Positions 52,670 through 62,347 of a DNA stretch of 64,000 bases are shown here, piece after piece. The translations under genes were made by a program, and so were the position numbers. Below the pieces are notes generated by a model that was not told where the DNA came from, ran no database searches, and saw only the letters and a list, made by a program, of their open reading frames with translations. This DNA is from Oculatellaceae cyanobacterium bins.114 (GTDB taxonomy: Bacteria; Cyanobacteriota; Cyanobacteriia; Elainellales; Elainellaceae): assembly GCA_033764315.1 (NCBI GenBank), contig JANRJA010000018.1:17496-81495 (forward strand). The letters run 5' to 3'. Positions within the stretch are counted from its first letter, which is position 1, and each line of letters starts with the position of its first letter.

Positions 52670-52756
52670 GTCTAACAACCGTGTTGCGGCGGAACAACCA
52701 ATTTTCTTCGTTGGGCTGCAAAGGTTGCCTACGTCCGCTGAACACGACTGTTATGC
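52670..52756 (+). other. attC site 5
   Basis: GTCTAAC-AAC-CGTGTTGCGGCGGAAC...GTCCGCTGAACACG-ACT-GTTATGC. Confidence 0.85.
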
Positions 52757-52802
52757 ATCTAACCCAGCACCTTTCTGCGCCACTTCAATTAATAGGTAGA
52801 AG

Positions 52803-53285
52803 ATGTCATCCTCCGAGCCAATTAGCATTCGTCAGCTTTCCGCCAACGACCTAACACTTATGGAGGGTTTATTGGCTACCTTCGGTGAGGCTTTCAACGA
52901 AGTTGATACCTATAGCTCGTCTCGCCCAAGCAATGCCTATCTCAAACAGTTGCTAAACAGCGATTATTTCATTGCGCTTGCAGCGTTAAAAAATGGATCA
53001 GTAATTGGAGGTATCGCCGCTTACGAACTCCAGAAGTTTGAGCAGGAGCGTAGTGAAATTTATATTTACGATTTGGCTGTTGCAGCAGCGCATCGACGTG
53101 AAGGAATTGCCACCGCCTTAATCCGAGAATTAAAGAAGATCGCTGTAGCGCGAGCAGCTTATGTTATTTTCGTGCAGGCGGACATTGGGGATGACCCTGC
53201 GATTGCACTCTATACGAAGCTTGGGACACGCGAAGATGTGCTTCACTTCGATATTCCTGTTCCGGTTGGTGATGAAGATGCATAA
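52803..53285 (+). CDS. aac(3)-I: AAC(3)-I family aminoglycoside 3-N-acetyltransferase
   Basis: FIALAA, FEQERSEIYIYDLAV...HRREGIATALI and VIFVQADIGDDPAIALYTKLG..EDVLHFDI closely match the AAC(3)-Ia sequence as I recall it; the stop codon lies in the attC R'' box. Confidence 0.88.
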   Translation: MSSSEPISIRQLSANDLTLMEGLLATFGEAFNEVDTYSSSRPSNAYLKQLLNSDYFIALAALKNGSVIGGIAAYELQKFEQERSEIYIYDLAVAAAHRREGIATALIRELKKIAVARAAYVIFVQADIGDDPAIALYTKLGTREDVLHFDIPVPVGDEDA

Positions 53286-53365
53286 CAACCGCGATGCACC
53301 AAAACTTTGGATTATAGTAGCTAGTATCCTGAGTTATCTAAGTCCGGCGATCGCGACCGTTATGC
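53280..53365 (+). other. attC site 6
   Basis: GCATAAC-AAC-CGCGATGCACC...CCGGCGATCGCG-ACC-GTTATGC; AGATGCATAAC is the reverse complement of the cassette start GTTATGCATCT. Confidence 0.85.
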
Positions 53366-53402
53366 ATCTAAATCCATAGTCTAAAAATTAGATCTTTGAT
53401 TC

Positions 53403-54188
53403 ATGCGTGTTTTATATCCTGAAAATCCATTAAATAAAACACAAGCAGATGAGCCGTATCACGAAGAGTTCACTTTCGTGTGCAGTGCTGGGTGTAATCA
53501 ATGTTCACTTTTTGATTTTGATGCATTGGAATTTAATGAATTCAATCCACATCCAAAAATCCAGACTGGTGAGCGAGTACTTTATCGTGGCTGGATGCTC
53601 AACTCGCAAAAATATAAAACCTTAATCACGCAAATCGAACACAAAGGTGGTGTACCAATAACTTCCCATGATGACTACCTTCGATGTCATCATCTACCAG
53701 GTTGGTATCAACAATGCTCAAATTTCACAGCAGAGACATATTTTTTTGCAGTTGACGAAGAGTTAGAAGCAAAAGTAGAAGAACTTGGATGGGATCGCTA
53801 TTTTGTAAAGGACTTTGTGAAGTCCAACACAGCTAAACTAGGTTCAGTTGCAAATTCACCATTCGAAGTCCGCAGTATTATTGAGCAGATTGCTACTTAT
53901 CGAGGTGAAATTGAGGGTGGCATTGCAATACGACGTTGTGAAAACTATCGCTCCAGTACAGAACGTCGATACTTTATAGTTAATGGTACACCTTACTCAT
54001 CTGATGGCGCAGTTCCTGAGATGGTACAAGCAATAGCCAGCATCATTAATGCACCGTTTTACTCTGTCGATGTGGTAGAAAACTCAGAAGGGAAACTGCG
54101 GCTTGTTGAGTTGGGAGATGGGCAGGTGTCAGATAAAAAGGATTGGTCAGTATCCAAATTGGTGGAGGTTATTGCAGCAAATGCATAA
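53403..54188 (+). CDS. ATP-grasp domain protein (DUF4343-like)
   Basis: LYRGWML, FVKDFVKS, FYSVDV, VELGDGQVSD; stop lies in the R'' box. Confidence 0.75.
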   Translation: MRVLYPENPLNKTQADEPYHEEFTFVCSAGCNQCSLFDFDALEFNEFNPHPKIQTGERVLYRGWMLNSQKYKTLITQIEHKGGVPITSHDDYLRCHHLPGWYQQCSNFTAETYFFAVDEELEAKVEELGWDRYFVKDFVKSNTAKLGSVANSPFEVRSIIEQIATYRGEIEGGIAIRRCENYRSSTERRYFIVNGTPYSSDGAVPEMVQAIASIINAPFYSVDVVENSEGKLRLVELGDGQVSDKKDWSVSKLVEVIAANA

Positions 54189-54271
54189 CAATCCGCTTGC
54201 ACACCGACCGTATTAAGTTAGTTTGTTGAGAACAAAAGGTTACTGGCAACCTCTGACCGCGACCATTAGAC
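54183..54271 (+). other. terminal degenerate attC site 7
   Basis: GCATAAC-AAT-CCGCTTGCAC...TGACCGCG-ACC-ATTAGAC (G of the GTT core changed to A). Confidence 0.65.
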
Positions 54272-54331
54272 GGGCTTCAACTCACATATGCCATCCACCC
54301 ATCTACCCACCCTCTCCTGATCCCATCATTC

Positions 54332-56140
54332 TTACCCAACTGTGGTCTGCATTGACGGATTGACGATCATATTGCCCTGTTTTAGGTAATTCAGCACTCG
54401 CTGGCGACCCTCTAACGCCGTTTCAAAGTCGTGTTTGAGTTGCACCGCCTTATCATAGGCGGCGAGGGCTGCCTCATAGCGTTCCAAAATCTCCAACACG
54501 CGACCCCGATCGTGCCATGCCCAATAATTCTCAGGCTGAATCTGCACGACTTTAGTATAAGAACTCAGGGCGTCTTTATATTGGTGCAACTGCTCCAACA
54601 CACTACCTCGCTTAAACCAGGCCAGGTGATCGTCGGGCTGGAGCTGCACGACCTGATCATAAGAAGCCGCCGCTTCCTCATAGTGTTGCAGGTTCTCCAA
54701 CGCCATCCCTCGCATCAACCACGCCAGTGCATCTTCTGGATTTTCTTGAATAGCGCGATCGCACGACATGACCGCTTCGTCATAGTGTTGCAAGCTATAG
54801 AGCTGATCGACCTGTTGAAGTTGACTCAAAACCCGCTTGCGACTTTGAATCGCCAACTGAAATCCAGACTTCAGTTGCACCGCTCGATTATAGGCCGCGA
54901 CCGCTTCCTCTAACCGCTCTGAGGCTTCTAACACGCGACCGCGATCGTGCCATGCCCAATAGTTATCGGGTTGAATCTCAATCACTCGGTCATAACAGGC
55001 GATCGCTTCCTCATACCGATGTACGTTTTCCAGTGCCTTGCCCCGCTTAAACCAGGCCAGATAATCATCTGACTGAATCTGAATGACGCGATCATAGGAC
55101 GCGATCGCCTCATCATATTCCTGTAAGTTTTCTAACGCGATCCCCCGTTTAAACCAGATCAAATAGTCGTCTGGCATCGCCTGGATCACTTTGTCGTAAC
55201 ACGCCACGGCTTCTCGATAACGTTGCAGTTGAAACAACTCATCGCCTCGCTCAAACCATGCCAGGTGCCCATCTAAGCTGACAGCCCGAACCGTTGGCAT
55301 GATCACGGTGCTGTGATTGGGCCCTAACACTGTAGCGATCGCTTTTAATGCCTCTAAAGCCGATTGATAGCGTTGACGGAAGTCATAACGCACCATGCCA
55401 TCCAACAGATCAGCAAACTCTGGGCTGACCTCTGTATGTTCGCGCCAGTGAATCTCACCAGTCCGGGGGTCTTCTGGCAATTGCGCTGGATATAACCCCG
55501 TCAAGGCCCGAATGCCCACCATGCCAACCGCATAGATATCGCTGCTAAATCGGGGTTTGCCTGCCATCTGCTCGTTGGGCATATATCCCGATGAGCCGAT
55601 CGCGATCGTGATGCTGGTTTGAGTTTGGTCATCAGTCGCCACCCCAATCTGCTTAACAGCTCCAAAGTCAATCAAGACAATCTTTTGATCGCTTTTCCGC
55701 CGAATCAAATTAGAGGGTTTGATGTCCCGGTGAATCACCTGCTGCTGGTGCACAAACTCCAGCGTGGTCAAAATATCATGCAAGATTAGCAAGACTTGCT
55801 CTTCATTAAACCGTTTTCCTCGTTTAAACAAACGGCTTAATACATCGCCTTCAACAAATTCTTGAACCAGATAAAACTCTTGATTTTCCTCAAAGTGAGC
55901 AAACAAACGAGGAATTTGATCGTGACTGCCTAGGGTGTAAAGCACTTCGGCTTCGCGATCAAACAAACGTCGGGCGGCTTGCAATGAACCTGCTTCAGTT
56001 ACTTTTGGCTTGAGCTGTTTGACAACACACTGAGGCTTTCCAGGCAAATGCCAATCCTCAGCCAGATAGGTTTGCCCAAATCCGCCTCCCCCTAGATATC
56101 GAATAATCTGGTAACGTCCGCCGATTATTTTTCCCAGCAT
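54332..56140 (-). CDS. Ser/Thr protein kinase with TPR repeats
   Basis: LGGGGFG, HRDIKPSN, DFG; C-terminal AWxxRG...YEEAxxxYD TPR array. Confidence 0.94.
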   Translation of the reverse strand: MLGKIIGGRYQIIRYLGGGGFGQTYLAEDWHLPGKPQCVVKQLKPKVTEAGSLQAARRLFDREAEVLYTLGSHDQIPRLFAHFEENQEFYLVQEFVEGDVLSRLFKRGKRFNEEQVLLILHDILTTLEFVHQQQVIHRDIKPSNLIRRKSDQKIVLIDFGAVKQIGVATDDQTQTSITIAIGSSGYMPNEQMAGKPRFSSDIYAVGMVGIRALTGLYPAQLPEDPRTGEIHWREHTEVSPEFADLLDGMVRYDFRQRYQSALEALKAIATVLGPNHSTVIMPTVRAVSLDGHLAWFERGDELFQLQRYREAVACYDKVIQAMPDDYLIWFKRGIALENLQEYDEAIASYDRVIQIQSDDYLAWFKRGKALENVHRYEEAIACYDRVIEIQPDNYWAWHDRGRVLEASERLEEAVAAYNRAVQLKSGFQLAIQSRKRVLSQLQQVDQLYSLQHYDEAVMSCDRAIQENPEDALAWLMRGMALENLQHYEEAAASYDQVVQLQPDDHLAWFKRGSVLEQLHQYKDALSSYTKVVQIQPENYWAWHDRGRVLEILERYEAALAAYDKAVQLKHDFETALEGRQRVLNYLKQGNMIVNPSMQTTVG

Positions 56141-56830
56141 AAATTAATGTGTTCCGCAGAGATCGCCTCACAGGGGCGCATCCAATCGTTAGGCGAGGAA
56201 CAGCTTGGTCACTGTTTTTGCTCACTGCTTTTACAGATAGCAAACTCCTCGGTCTGACTAACAGACTTGCCTTGTAACCATGAATAACTTCACAAACAAT
56301 CCGTCTAGCTCTTCACATTAAAATGCCCTGATGGAAACTGAAATCGAACCTCAAACAACGAGAAATCAGAATAGGTGAACCGATTGACCCAATCCATGTG
56401 CTGTTTAATAGTATTCCCCACGCTTTGATAAAGCTGTTCGTAAGTCAGGTCAAGATTGAGTGAATTTTGTAGATCCCTCCCACCCTTGGGGAACTCCTGA
56501 ACCTGTCCCACCTAACTGTCAGAGCCTAATCAGATCAAGGGTTTGATTAACAACACAGGCTTAATGAATTGGCTTTTTTGACGGGCCACGGCGAAATCCT
56601 GACTCAACCATCAAGCTACCGTATATACCGAGCCTGGGGTTTCTCAAACTTTATCTCAGATTGACGAAAGACAGGGCTGAGGGCTGAGTTCTCAGGACTG
56701 AGTCGATTCCTTTCACTCTCCCTCCCTCCTGCCTTTCTCCTGCCTCTTAATAAATTGCTCACGCGAAATTCCCCAACTTGTTATACTAAAAACGCTGGAA
56801 CTATTGATTTTCGGGATTTTTGTTTCAAAC

Positions 56831-59572
56831 ATGCAGCCCACTGACCCTAGCAAATTTACAGAGAAAGCCTGGGAAGCGATCGTTAAATCGCAGGATGTGA
56901 TTCGCCGTTTTCGGCAGCAACAGCTAGAGGTAGAACATGTGGCGATCGCCCTGCTTGAGCAAGAAGGGCTAATCAATACGATTTTGACCAAGGTTGGCTT
57001 TGACCCGATCCGACTGAAGCAGCAATTAGAATCCTTTGCCCAACGTCAGCCCAAAATTTCAGATAATGGTCAACTCTACTTGGGACGAGGTCTAGACTTG
57101 ATGCTAGATGGGGCAGAAAATGCCCGCAAAGCCTTGCAAGACGAGTTTATTTCCGTTGAGCACATATTGCTGGCCCTAGCAGAAGACGATCGCATTGGCA
57201 GACGCTTATTTCGCGGTGCCAATATTGAAGCCAAACAGCTTGAAACCACCATTAAAGCGGCGCGAGGTAGTCAGCGAGTGACCAATCAAACCCCTGAAAC
57301 AGGGTATAACGCGCTAGAAAAATATGGACGCGATCTGACTGAGCAAGCCAAGACGGGCAAGCTTGACCCGGTGATTGGGCGCGATGAAGAAATTCGGCGG
57401 GTGGTGCAGGTTTTATCTCGTCGCAGCAAAAATAATCCGGTGCTGATTGGGGAACCGGGTGTGGGAAAGACGGCGATCGCCGAGGGTCTGGCTCAGCGCA
57501 TTGTCAATGGTGATGTGCCCGAATCGCTCAAAAACCGCTTGTTGATTACTCTCGATATGGGTTCTCTAATCGCAGGAGCCAAATATCGAGGGGAGTTTGA
57601 GGAACGGTTGCGGGCGGTGCTTAAAGAAGTCACCAGTTCTGAAGGGCAGATTGTGCTGTTTATTGATGAACTGCATTCCGTGGTGGGAGCAGGTTCTTCT
57701 CAGGGCACAATGGATGCCAGTAACTTGCTCAAACCCATGCTGGCACGCGGTGAGCTTCGTTGTATCGGTGCTACAACGATTGATGAATATCGCAAACACA
57801 TTGAAAAAGACGCGGCTCTAGAACGGCGATTTCAACAAGTCTATGTCGGTCAGCCCAGTGTAGAAGACACGATCTCTATTTTGCGCGGGTTAAAGGAAAA
57901 ATATGAGGTGCACCACGGGGTGAAAATTGCTGACTCGGCTTTAGTCGCAGCCGCAACCCTGTCAGATCGATACATCAGCGATCGCTTCTTACCTGACAAA
58001 GCGATTGATTTGGTGGACGAATCAGCGGCCAAGCTGAAGATGGAAATTACCTCAAAGCCAGTTGAACTGGAGACGATCGATCGTCGCTTGATCCAACTGG
58101 AGATGGAGAAGCTGTCTCTTGAAGGTGAAGGACAGTCCGCTGTGATTATTGGCTCCTATCGCACTTCGCGCGATCGCCTAGAACGCATTGAGCAAGAGAT
58201 TCTAGATTTAAAAGAACAGCAAAACAAACTGAGTTCTCAGTGGGAGTCAGAAAAACAACTCCTAACCGACATCAACACCCTCAAAGAAGAAGAAGAGCAG
58301 TTGCGGCGACAAATCGAGAAAGCCGAGCGAGACTATGATCTCAACACGGCTGCCCAACTCAAATATGGTCGGTTAGAAGCGGTTCATCGTGAGCTAGAAG
58401 CCAAAGAAGCCAGTCTAATTGAGAGTCAGGCGCGGGGCACCTCTCTCCTGCGAGAGCAGGTAACGGAGGCTGATATCGCCGAGATTGTGGCAAAGTGGAC
58501 GGGCATTCCCGTCAATCGCCTGATGGAGTCAGAACGGCAAAAGCTACTCAATTTGGAGAGCTTTTTGCATCAGCGCGTGATCGGGCAAGATGAACCTGTA
58601 GCCGCCGTTTCAGCCGCCATTCGACGGGCACGGGCAGGCATGAAAGATCCCGGTCGTCCGATTGGTTCGTTTATGTTCCTTGGCCCGACTGGGGTGGGTA
58701 AAACGGAACTGGCGCGTGCCCTAGCAGAATCTTTATTTGACACTGATGATGCCCTCGTGCGGCTCGACATGTCGGAGTATATGGAGAAAAACTCCGTAGC
58801 TCGTTTGGTGGGTGCGCCTCCGGGTTATATCGGCTATGAAGAAGGTGGACAATTGACGGAAGCCATCCGTCGTCATCCCTATTCTGTCTTGCTGTTAGAT
58901 GAAGTTGAGAAAGCGCATCCCGATGTGTTCAATATTTTGCTGCAAGTGTTGGATGATGGGCGCATTACCGACTCTCAGGGGCGAACCGTGGATTTTCGCA
59001 ACACGATCGTGGTCATGACCAGCAACATCGGTAGCGAATATATTCTGGATGTGTCCGGTGATGACTCTCGTTATGATGAGATGCAAAAACGGGTGATGGA
59101 TGGATTGCGATCGCACTTCCGCCCAGAGTTTCTCAATCGCGTCGATGATATTATTCTCTTCCATGCGTTGAGTCTCAAGGAACTACAAAAAATTGTCGGT
59201 ATCCAACTTCAGCGGGTGTCTCGCCTGTTGGCTGATCAAAAAATTTCGCTGGAACTGACCCTCGAAGCCCAAAACCACATCGCTGAAGTCGGCAACGATC
59301 CGGCCTATGGAGCACGTCCACTGAAACGAGCGATTCAAAAAGAAATTGAGAACCCCTTGGCAACCAAGATCCTGGAGAATACCTTTGTCGAGGGTGACAC
59401 CGTTTTGATTGATGTGGTCGATCACGAATTGACCTTTACGAAGAAGGAATTACCAAAAGTTCCTCAACCCATCGCAACGGTTCCTATCGTTCCAGTGGAT
59501 GTTGACCCGGCGGAGCCTTCAGCTGTTGCAGAGCTAATCGCGGTTGATCCTGTTGTTATAGCAGATAGCTAA
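56831..59572 (+). CDS. clpB: ATP-dependent chaperone ClpB
   Basis: [14 protein letters not shown] start; two AAA modules ([16 protein letters not shown]); coiled-coil M domain; [10 protein letters not shown]. Confidence 0.96.
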   Translation: MQPTDPSKFTEKAWEAIVKSQDVIRRFRQQQLEVEHVAIALLEQEGLINTILTKVGFDPIRLKQQLESFAQRQPKISDNGQLYLGRGLDLMLDGAENARKALQDEFISVEHILLALAEDDRIGRRLFRGANIEAKQLETTIKAARGSQRVTNQTPETGYNALEKYGRDLTEQAKTGKLDPVIGRDEEIRRVVQVLSRRSKNNPVLIGEPGVGKTAIAEGLAQRIVNGDVPESLKNRLLITLDMGSLIAGAKYRGEFEERLRAVLKEVTSSEGQIVLFIDELHSVVGAGSSQGTMDASNLLKPMLARGELRCIGATTIDEYRKHIEKDAALERRFQQVYVGQPSVEDTISILRGLKEKYEVHHGVKIADSALVAAATLSDRYISDRFLPDKAIDLVDESAAKLKMEITSKPVELETIDRRLIQLEMEKLSLEGEGQSAVIIGSYRTSRDRLERIEQEILDLKEQQNKLSSQWESEKQLLTDINTLKEEEEQLRRQIEKAERDYDLNTAAQLKYGRLEAVHRELEAKEASLIESQARGTSLLREQVTEADIAEIVAKWTGIPVNRLMESERQKLLNLESFLHQRVIGQDEPVAAVSAAIRRARAGMKDPGRPIGSFMFLGPTGVGKTELARALAESLFDTDDALVRLDMSEYMEKNSVARLVGAPPGYIGYEEGGQLTEAIRRHPYSVLLLDEVEKAHPDVFNILLQVLDDGRITDSQGRTVDFRNTIVVMTSNIGSEYILDVSGDDSRYDEMQKRVMDGLRSHFRPEFLNRVDDIILFHALSLKELQKIVGIQLQRVSRLLADQKISLELTLEAQNHIAEVGNDPAYGARPLKRAIQKEIENPLATKILENTFVEGDTVLIDVVDHELTFTKKELPKVPQPIATVPIVPVDVDPAEPSAVAELIAVDPVVIADS

Positions 59573-59576
59573 ATGC

Positions 59577-59819
59577 CTAGTCTTCCGCTTTTAAAGCATC
59601 TCTTAAGTCGTTGTGCCCATCCAGCATTTTAGGGGTGACTGCTGGATTTTTAATTATTTCGTGTGGGTCGCGATTGAAGCTGGTCGTAGAAACTAAATCA
59701 AGAGGATCGACAATGCGGTGTGATGCGGTTTCCTCTATAGGGCGATCGCTTGTTTTGGCTTCCTCTTTATTTGATTCCTGATTAAATACTTTTTTAATGG
59801 GTTCACTCATGTTGAACAC
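59577..59819 (-). CDS. small hypothetical protein
   Basis: 80 aa ORF convergent on clpB; start may be MSEP. Confidence 0.5.
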   Translation of the reverse strand: MFNMSEPIKKVFNQESNKEEAKTSDRPIEETASHRIVDPLDLVSTTSFNRDPHEIIKNPAVTPKMLDGHNDLRDALKAED

Positions 59820-59889
59820 TCTAAATTCGCCTGCTCAAGCATATTCTTATGTTCAAGATCTAGACACTATCTTGAGAAATATCTCTGTA

Positions 59890-60099
59890 CTACATATCCT
59901 CTTCATCCTCGGCAATAGCTTCCATAACCTGTTTGACTATTTTTGGATGCAGTGTCTTTCCAGCATGAAAAGGAACCACAACTCTAATGTTCTCTTTGAA
60001 ATAGATTCTATGGCTTCCCTTGCTTCTCAACAAGATGAAACCATCAGCTAACAACAATTTCTCTGCATCTTGAGCAGTAAGGCGAGGGAGCTTAGGCAA
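59890..60099 (-). CDS. hicA: HicA-family toxin
   Basis: GFILLRSKGSHRIY...VVVPFH. Confidence 0.88.
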   Translation of the reverse strand: MPKLPRLTAQDAEKLLLADGFILLRSKGSHRIYFKENIRVVVPFHAGKTLHPKIVKQVMEAIAEDEEDM

Positions 60100-60316
60100 C
60101 TTGAACCTCTAGAGTCATCGTTACAATCTCTCTCGCTAAAGTTTCTTGCTTCTCTTCATCCGAAAGTGTTTCTAAATATAGCTCAACCGCTTCTTGAATA
60201 TTTTCCTTGACCTCTTCTAAAGAATCTCCTTGTGTTTGGCAGCCTTTCAATTTGGGTGAGTAGGCATAATAGCCATACTCATCTTTCTCAATTACAATTC
60301 CAACTTGATAAACCAT
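60092..60316 (-). CDS. hicB: HicB-family antitoxin
   Basis: YYAYSPKLKGCQTQGDSLEEVKENIQEAVELYLE. Confidence 0.88.
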   Translation of the reverse strand: MVYQVGIVIEKDEYGYYAYSPKLKGCQTQGDSLEEVKENIQEAVELYLETLSDEEKQETLAREIVTMTLEVQVA

Positions 60317-60328
60317 ATCAGTACCTCT

Positions 60329-62347
60329 TTATCGCTCTATTTGAATTTGTGCAAAATGTTCCATTAATAATCGATGAACAAAAATGTAACCTCCACCAAC
60401 TCTTTGCAAAAATAACCTATCACAACAAAAATCTAGAAATCGAGCATAGTTCCAAGGAATAAGTTGTTCAAAATACAAAATTAAACGCAAAATAAGATGC
60501 TTTAAACATGCGTCTCCACCATAAAAAAACCAACTCAGAAAACCTAGGAATAAACCGATCAAAACGCCAATTAATCTTCCAGATAATCCATATTTTAGTA
60601 AACTTATTAATAAGAAAAACAATCCTGAAAATACAAGGCAGCACATCATTCCAGCAATAAATGAATTAATAGCTGACTTCAAAATCCCTTGATTTGGACA
60701 GTTTTTAGCATGTAGTTCTGAGGCTTCTACTATTCCCCCTGAAATTCCTGCAAATAACAAAGCAAAAATCAAAACAGATAAACCAAGTGTAATAAGCTCA
60801 TCACTATTTAGAGGGACAATGTTTGCTCCTCCTAACTTGGTAATTAGACCAAGAGCTACAAGAGTTAAACCTATTACCAATTGACTTTTGACCATGCCTA
60901 TCGTTTCTTTTTCTGATTCTGTTCTGATTCCATTACCTTGAAGCCAATCGAAAAAAATAAAATTAAGTCTTTCAACTATCTCAATCTCATAAGGTTTATT
61001 GTCTGGTTTTTTGCGTAAAGTATTTATTCTTACGGCGGGGAAAGATTGAGTGCCAGAAGATTTGTTTCCAATTAGCTTAGTAAGAATTTTATCTACACTT
61101 GGCAGCATAATGACCCAGCCCATAAAACTAATACTATATCCAATTATTACACCCAATAGAAAACCATTTAAGAACCCGCCAGTTATTTCTTTAATCTGAG
61201 TCAATAGTTCTGATAGAAAGCCCAAAAACAATCCTAAAATCAATCCTCCAATTAGCCCAAACGCTAATGTAAAACCTAAGTCATATCTCCATTTCTTCGC
61301 ATACATTGACAACGAATCAGGCTGTATCCACTCAATAAGGAAAATGGTTTGTGACTCTTGAATCATTTGTTTTCCTAAAAAAGATAGCCAATGAATTGTC
61401 TGTTTCAGTGAGTACTTTCCTCCACCCCTTTGCTCAAACATTCGAGAAATGTATTTATTAAATAAATGTCTGCGTTGTTCTTTGAGAGTTAGTCGAGGGA
61501 GTTCTTCGATTGACAAGCCTTGATAGGCAAGTGACATAACCCATAAAAATAGAGGTGTTTTAGCCAGTTCTGCTATTACTGGGTCAGTTTGTAATGCTAG
61601 TTTTACTCCTGCTAAATTTTCACCAGCTTGATTTAAATACTCTCCAACCTGAGTACGAGTGAGAGCGCGAATAAAAATTGCTCCATTAAACTTTAAGCGA
61701 GTGGAGAGCTTTTTATAATCTTTGATGCGACTACAAACTACTAGTTCGGTTTGTCCATAGGCTTGACAAAATTGGTTAATAGCAATTACACAGTCGTCAC
61801 GGTCTTTCTCATTAACTTCATCTAGCCCGTCTAACAATAAAAGCAACTTTTGGTTTTCAATCCAGACTTTGACGTACTTTCTAGCTTGATAGTGTAGGTT
61901 TAGTTCTTGAATCAACCAATCTTTTAATTTAGGTTTTTTGACTGCCCAAGAGGAGAGTTTAAGGACGACAGGGATAGGTTGAGTGATATCTTGTTCAGCC
62001 CGTTCAATCAGTGACTGAGTTAATTCCAAAAGTGTTGTGGTTTTACCAGCACCAGGAGCACCCAAAATTAAGAGTGTTTTAGCTCCAATTCCTAACTCAT
62101 CAAATTTGGAAATGGCTTTTGTTCCTTGAGGTAAAGGTCGTCGTGGTTGTTCAAGAGTTGCCCAATCAAGATCTAGTAAATCTAAGCGTTCTATTAAACC
62201 CAGTTCAATTCGTGCTTGGTTATAGAGCGATTGCTCTATCTTTCTCAGCCAAAAATTTCTTACTTTACTTAAAAGGGCGAGGCGATGCAGGCGTTCATCT
62301 TCAGTTAAGGGAGTAAACTTTACCCGTTCCCGTTCGGGCGATTCTAG
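60329..62347 (-). CDS. NACHT/STAND NTPase with C-terminal multi-TM region; reading frame open up to the TGA at 62348-62350 with no canonical start before the P-loop
   Basis: LLILGAPGAGKTT, LLLLDGLDEV, PWNYARFLD...FLQRVGGGYIFVHRLLMEHF; 94 further open codons upstream of 62065. Confidence 0.85.
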   Translation of the reverse strand, partial: LESPERERVKFTPLTEDERLHRLALLSKVRNFWLRKIEQSLYNQARIELGLIERLDLLDLDWATLEQPRRPLPQGTKAISKFDELGIGAKTLLILGAPGAGKTTTLLELTQSLIERAEQDITQPIPVVLKLSSWAVKKPKLKDWLIQELNLHYQARKYVKVWIENQKLLLLLDGLDEVNEKDRDDCVIAINQFCQAYGQTELVVCSRIKDYKKLSTRLKFNGAIFIRALTRTQVGEYLNQAGENLAGVKLALQTDPVIAELAKTPLFLWVMSLAYQGLSIEELPRLTLKEQRRHLFNKYISRMFEQRGGGKYSLKQTIHWLSFLGKQMIQESQTIFLIEWIQPDSLSMYAKKWRYDLGFTLAFGLIGGLILGLFLGFLSELLTQIKEITGGFLNGFLLGVIIGYSISFMGWVIMLPSVDKILTKLIGNKSSGTQSFPAVRINTLRKKPDNKPYEIEIVERLNFIFFDWLQGNGIRTESEKETIGMVKSQLVIGLTLVALGLITKLGGANIVPLNSDELITLGLSVLIFALLFAGISGGIVEASELHAKNCPNQGILKSAINSFIAGMMCCLVFSGLFFLLISLLKYGLSGRLIGVLIGLFLGFLSWFFYGGDACLKHLILRLILYFEQLIPWNYARFLDFCCDRLFLQRVGGGYIFVHRLLMEHFAQIQIER

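Noticed and set aside
43499..54271. CRISPR array interpretation of the recurring palindromes
   Set aside because: The units are about 86-89 bp, divergent and separated by whole genes, and there are no cas genes
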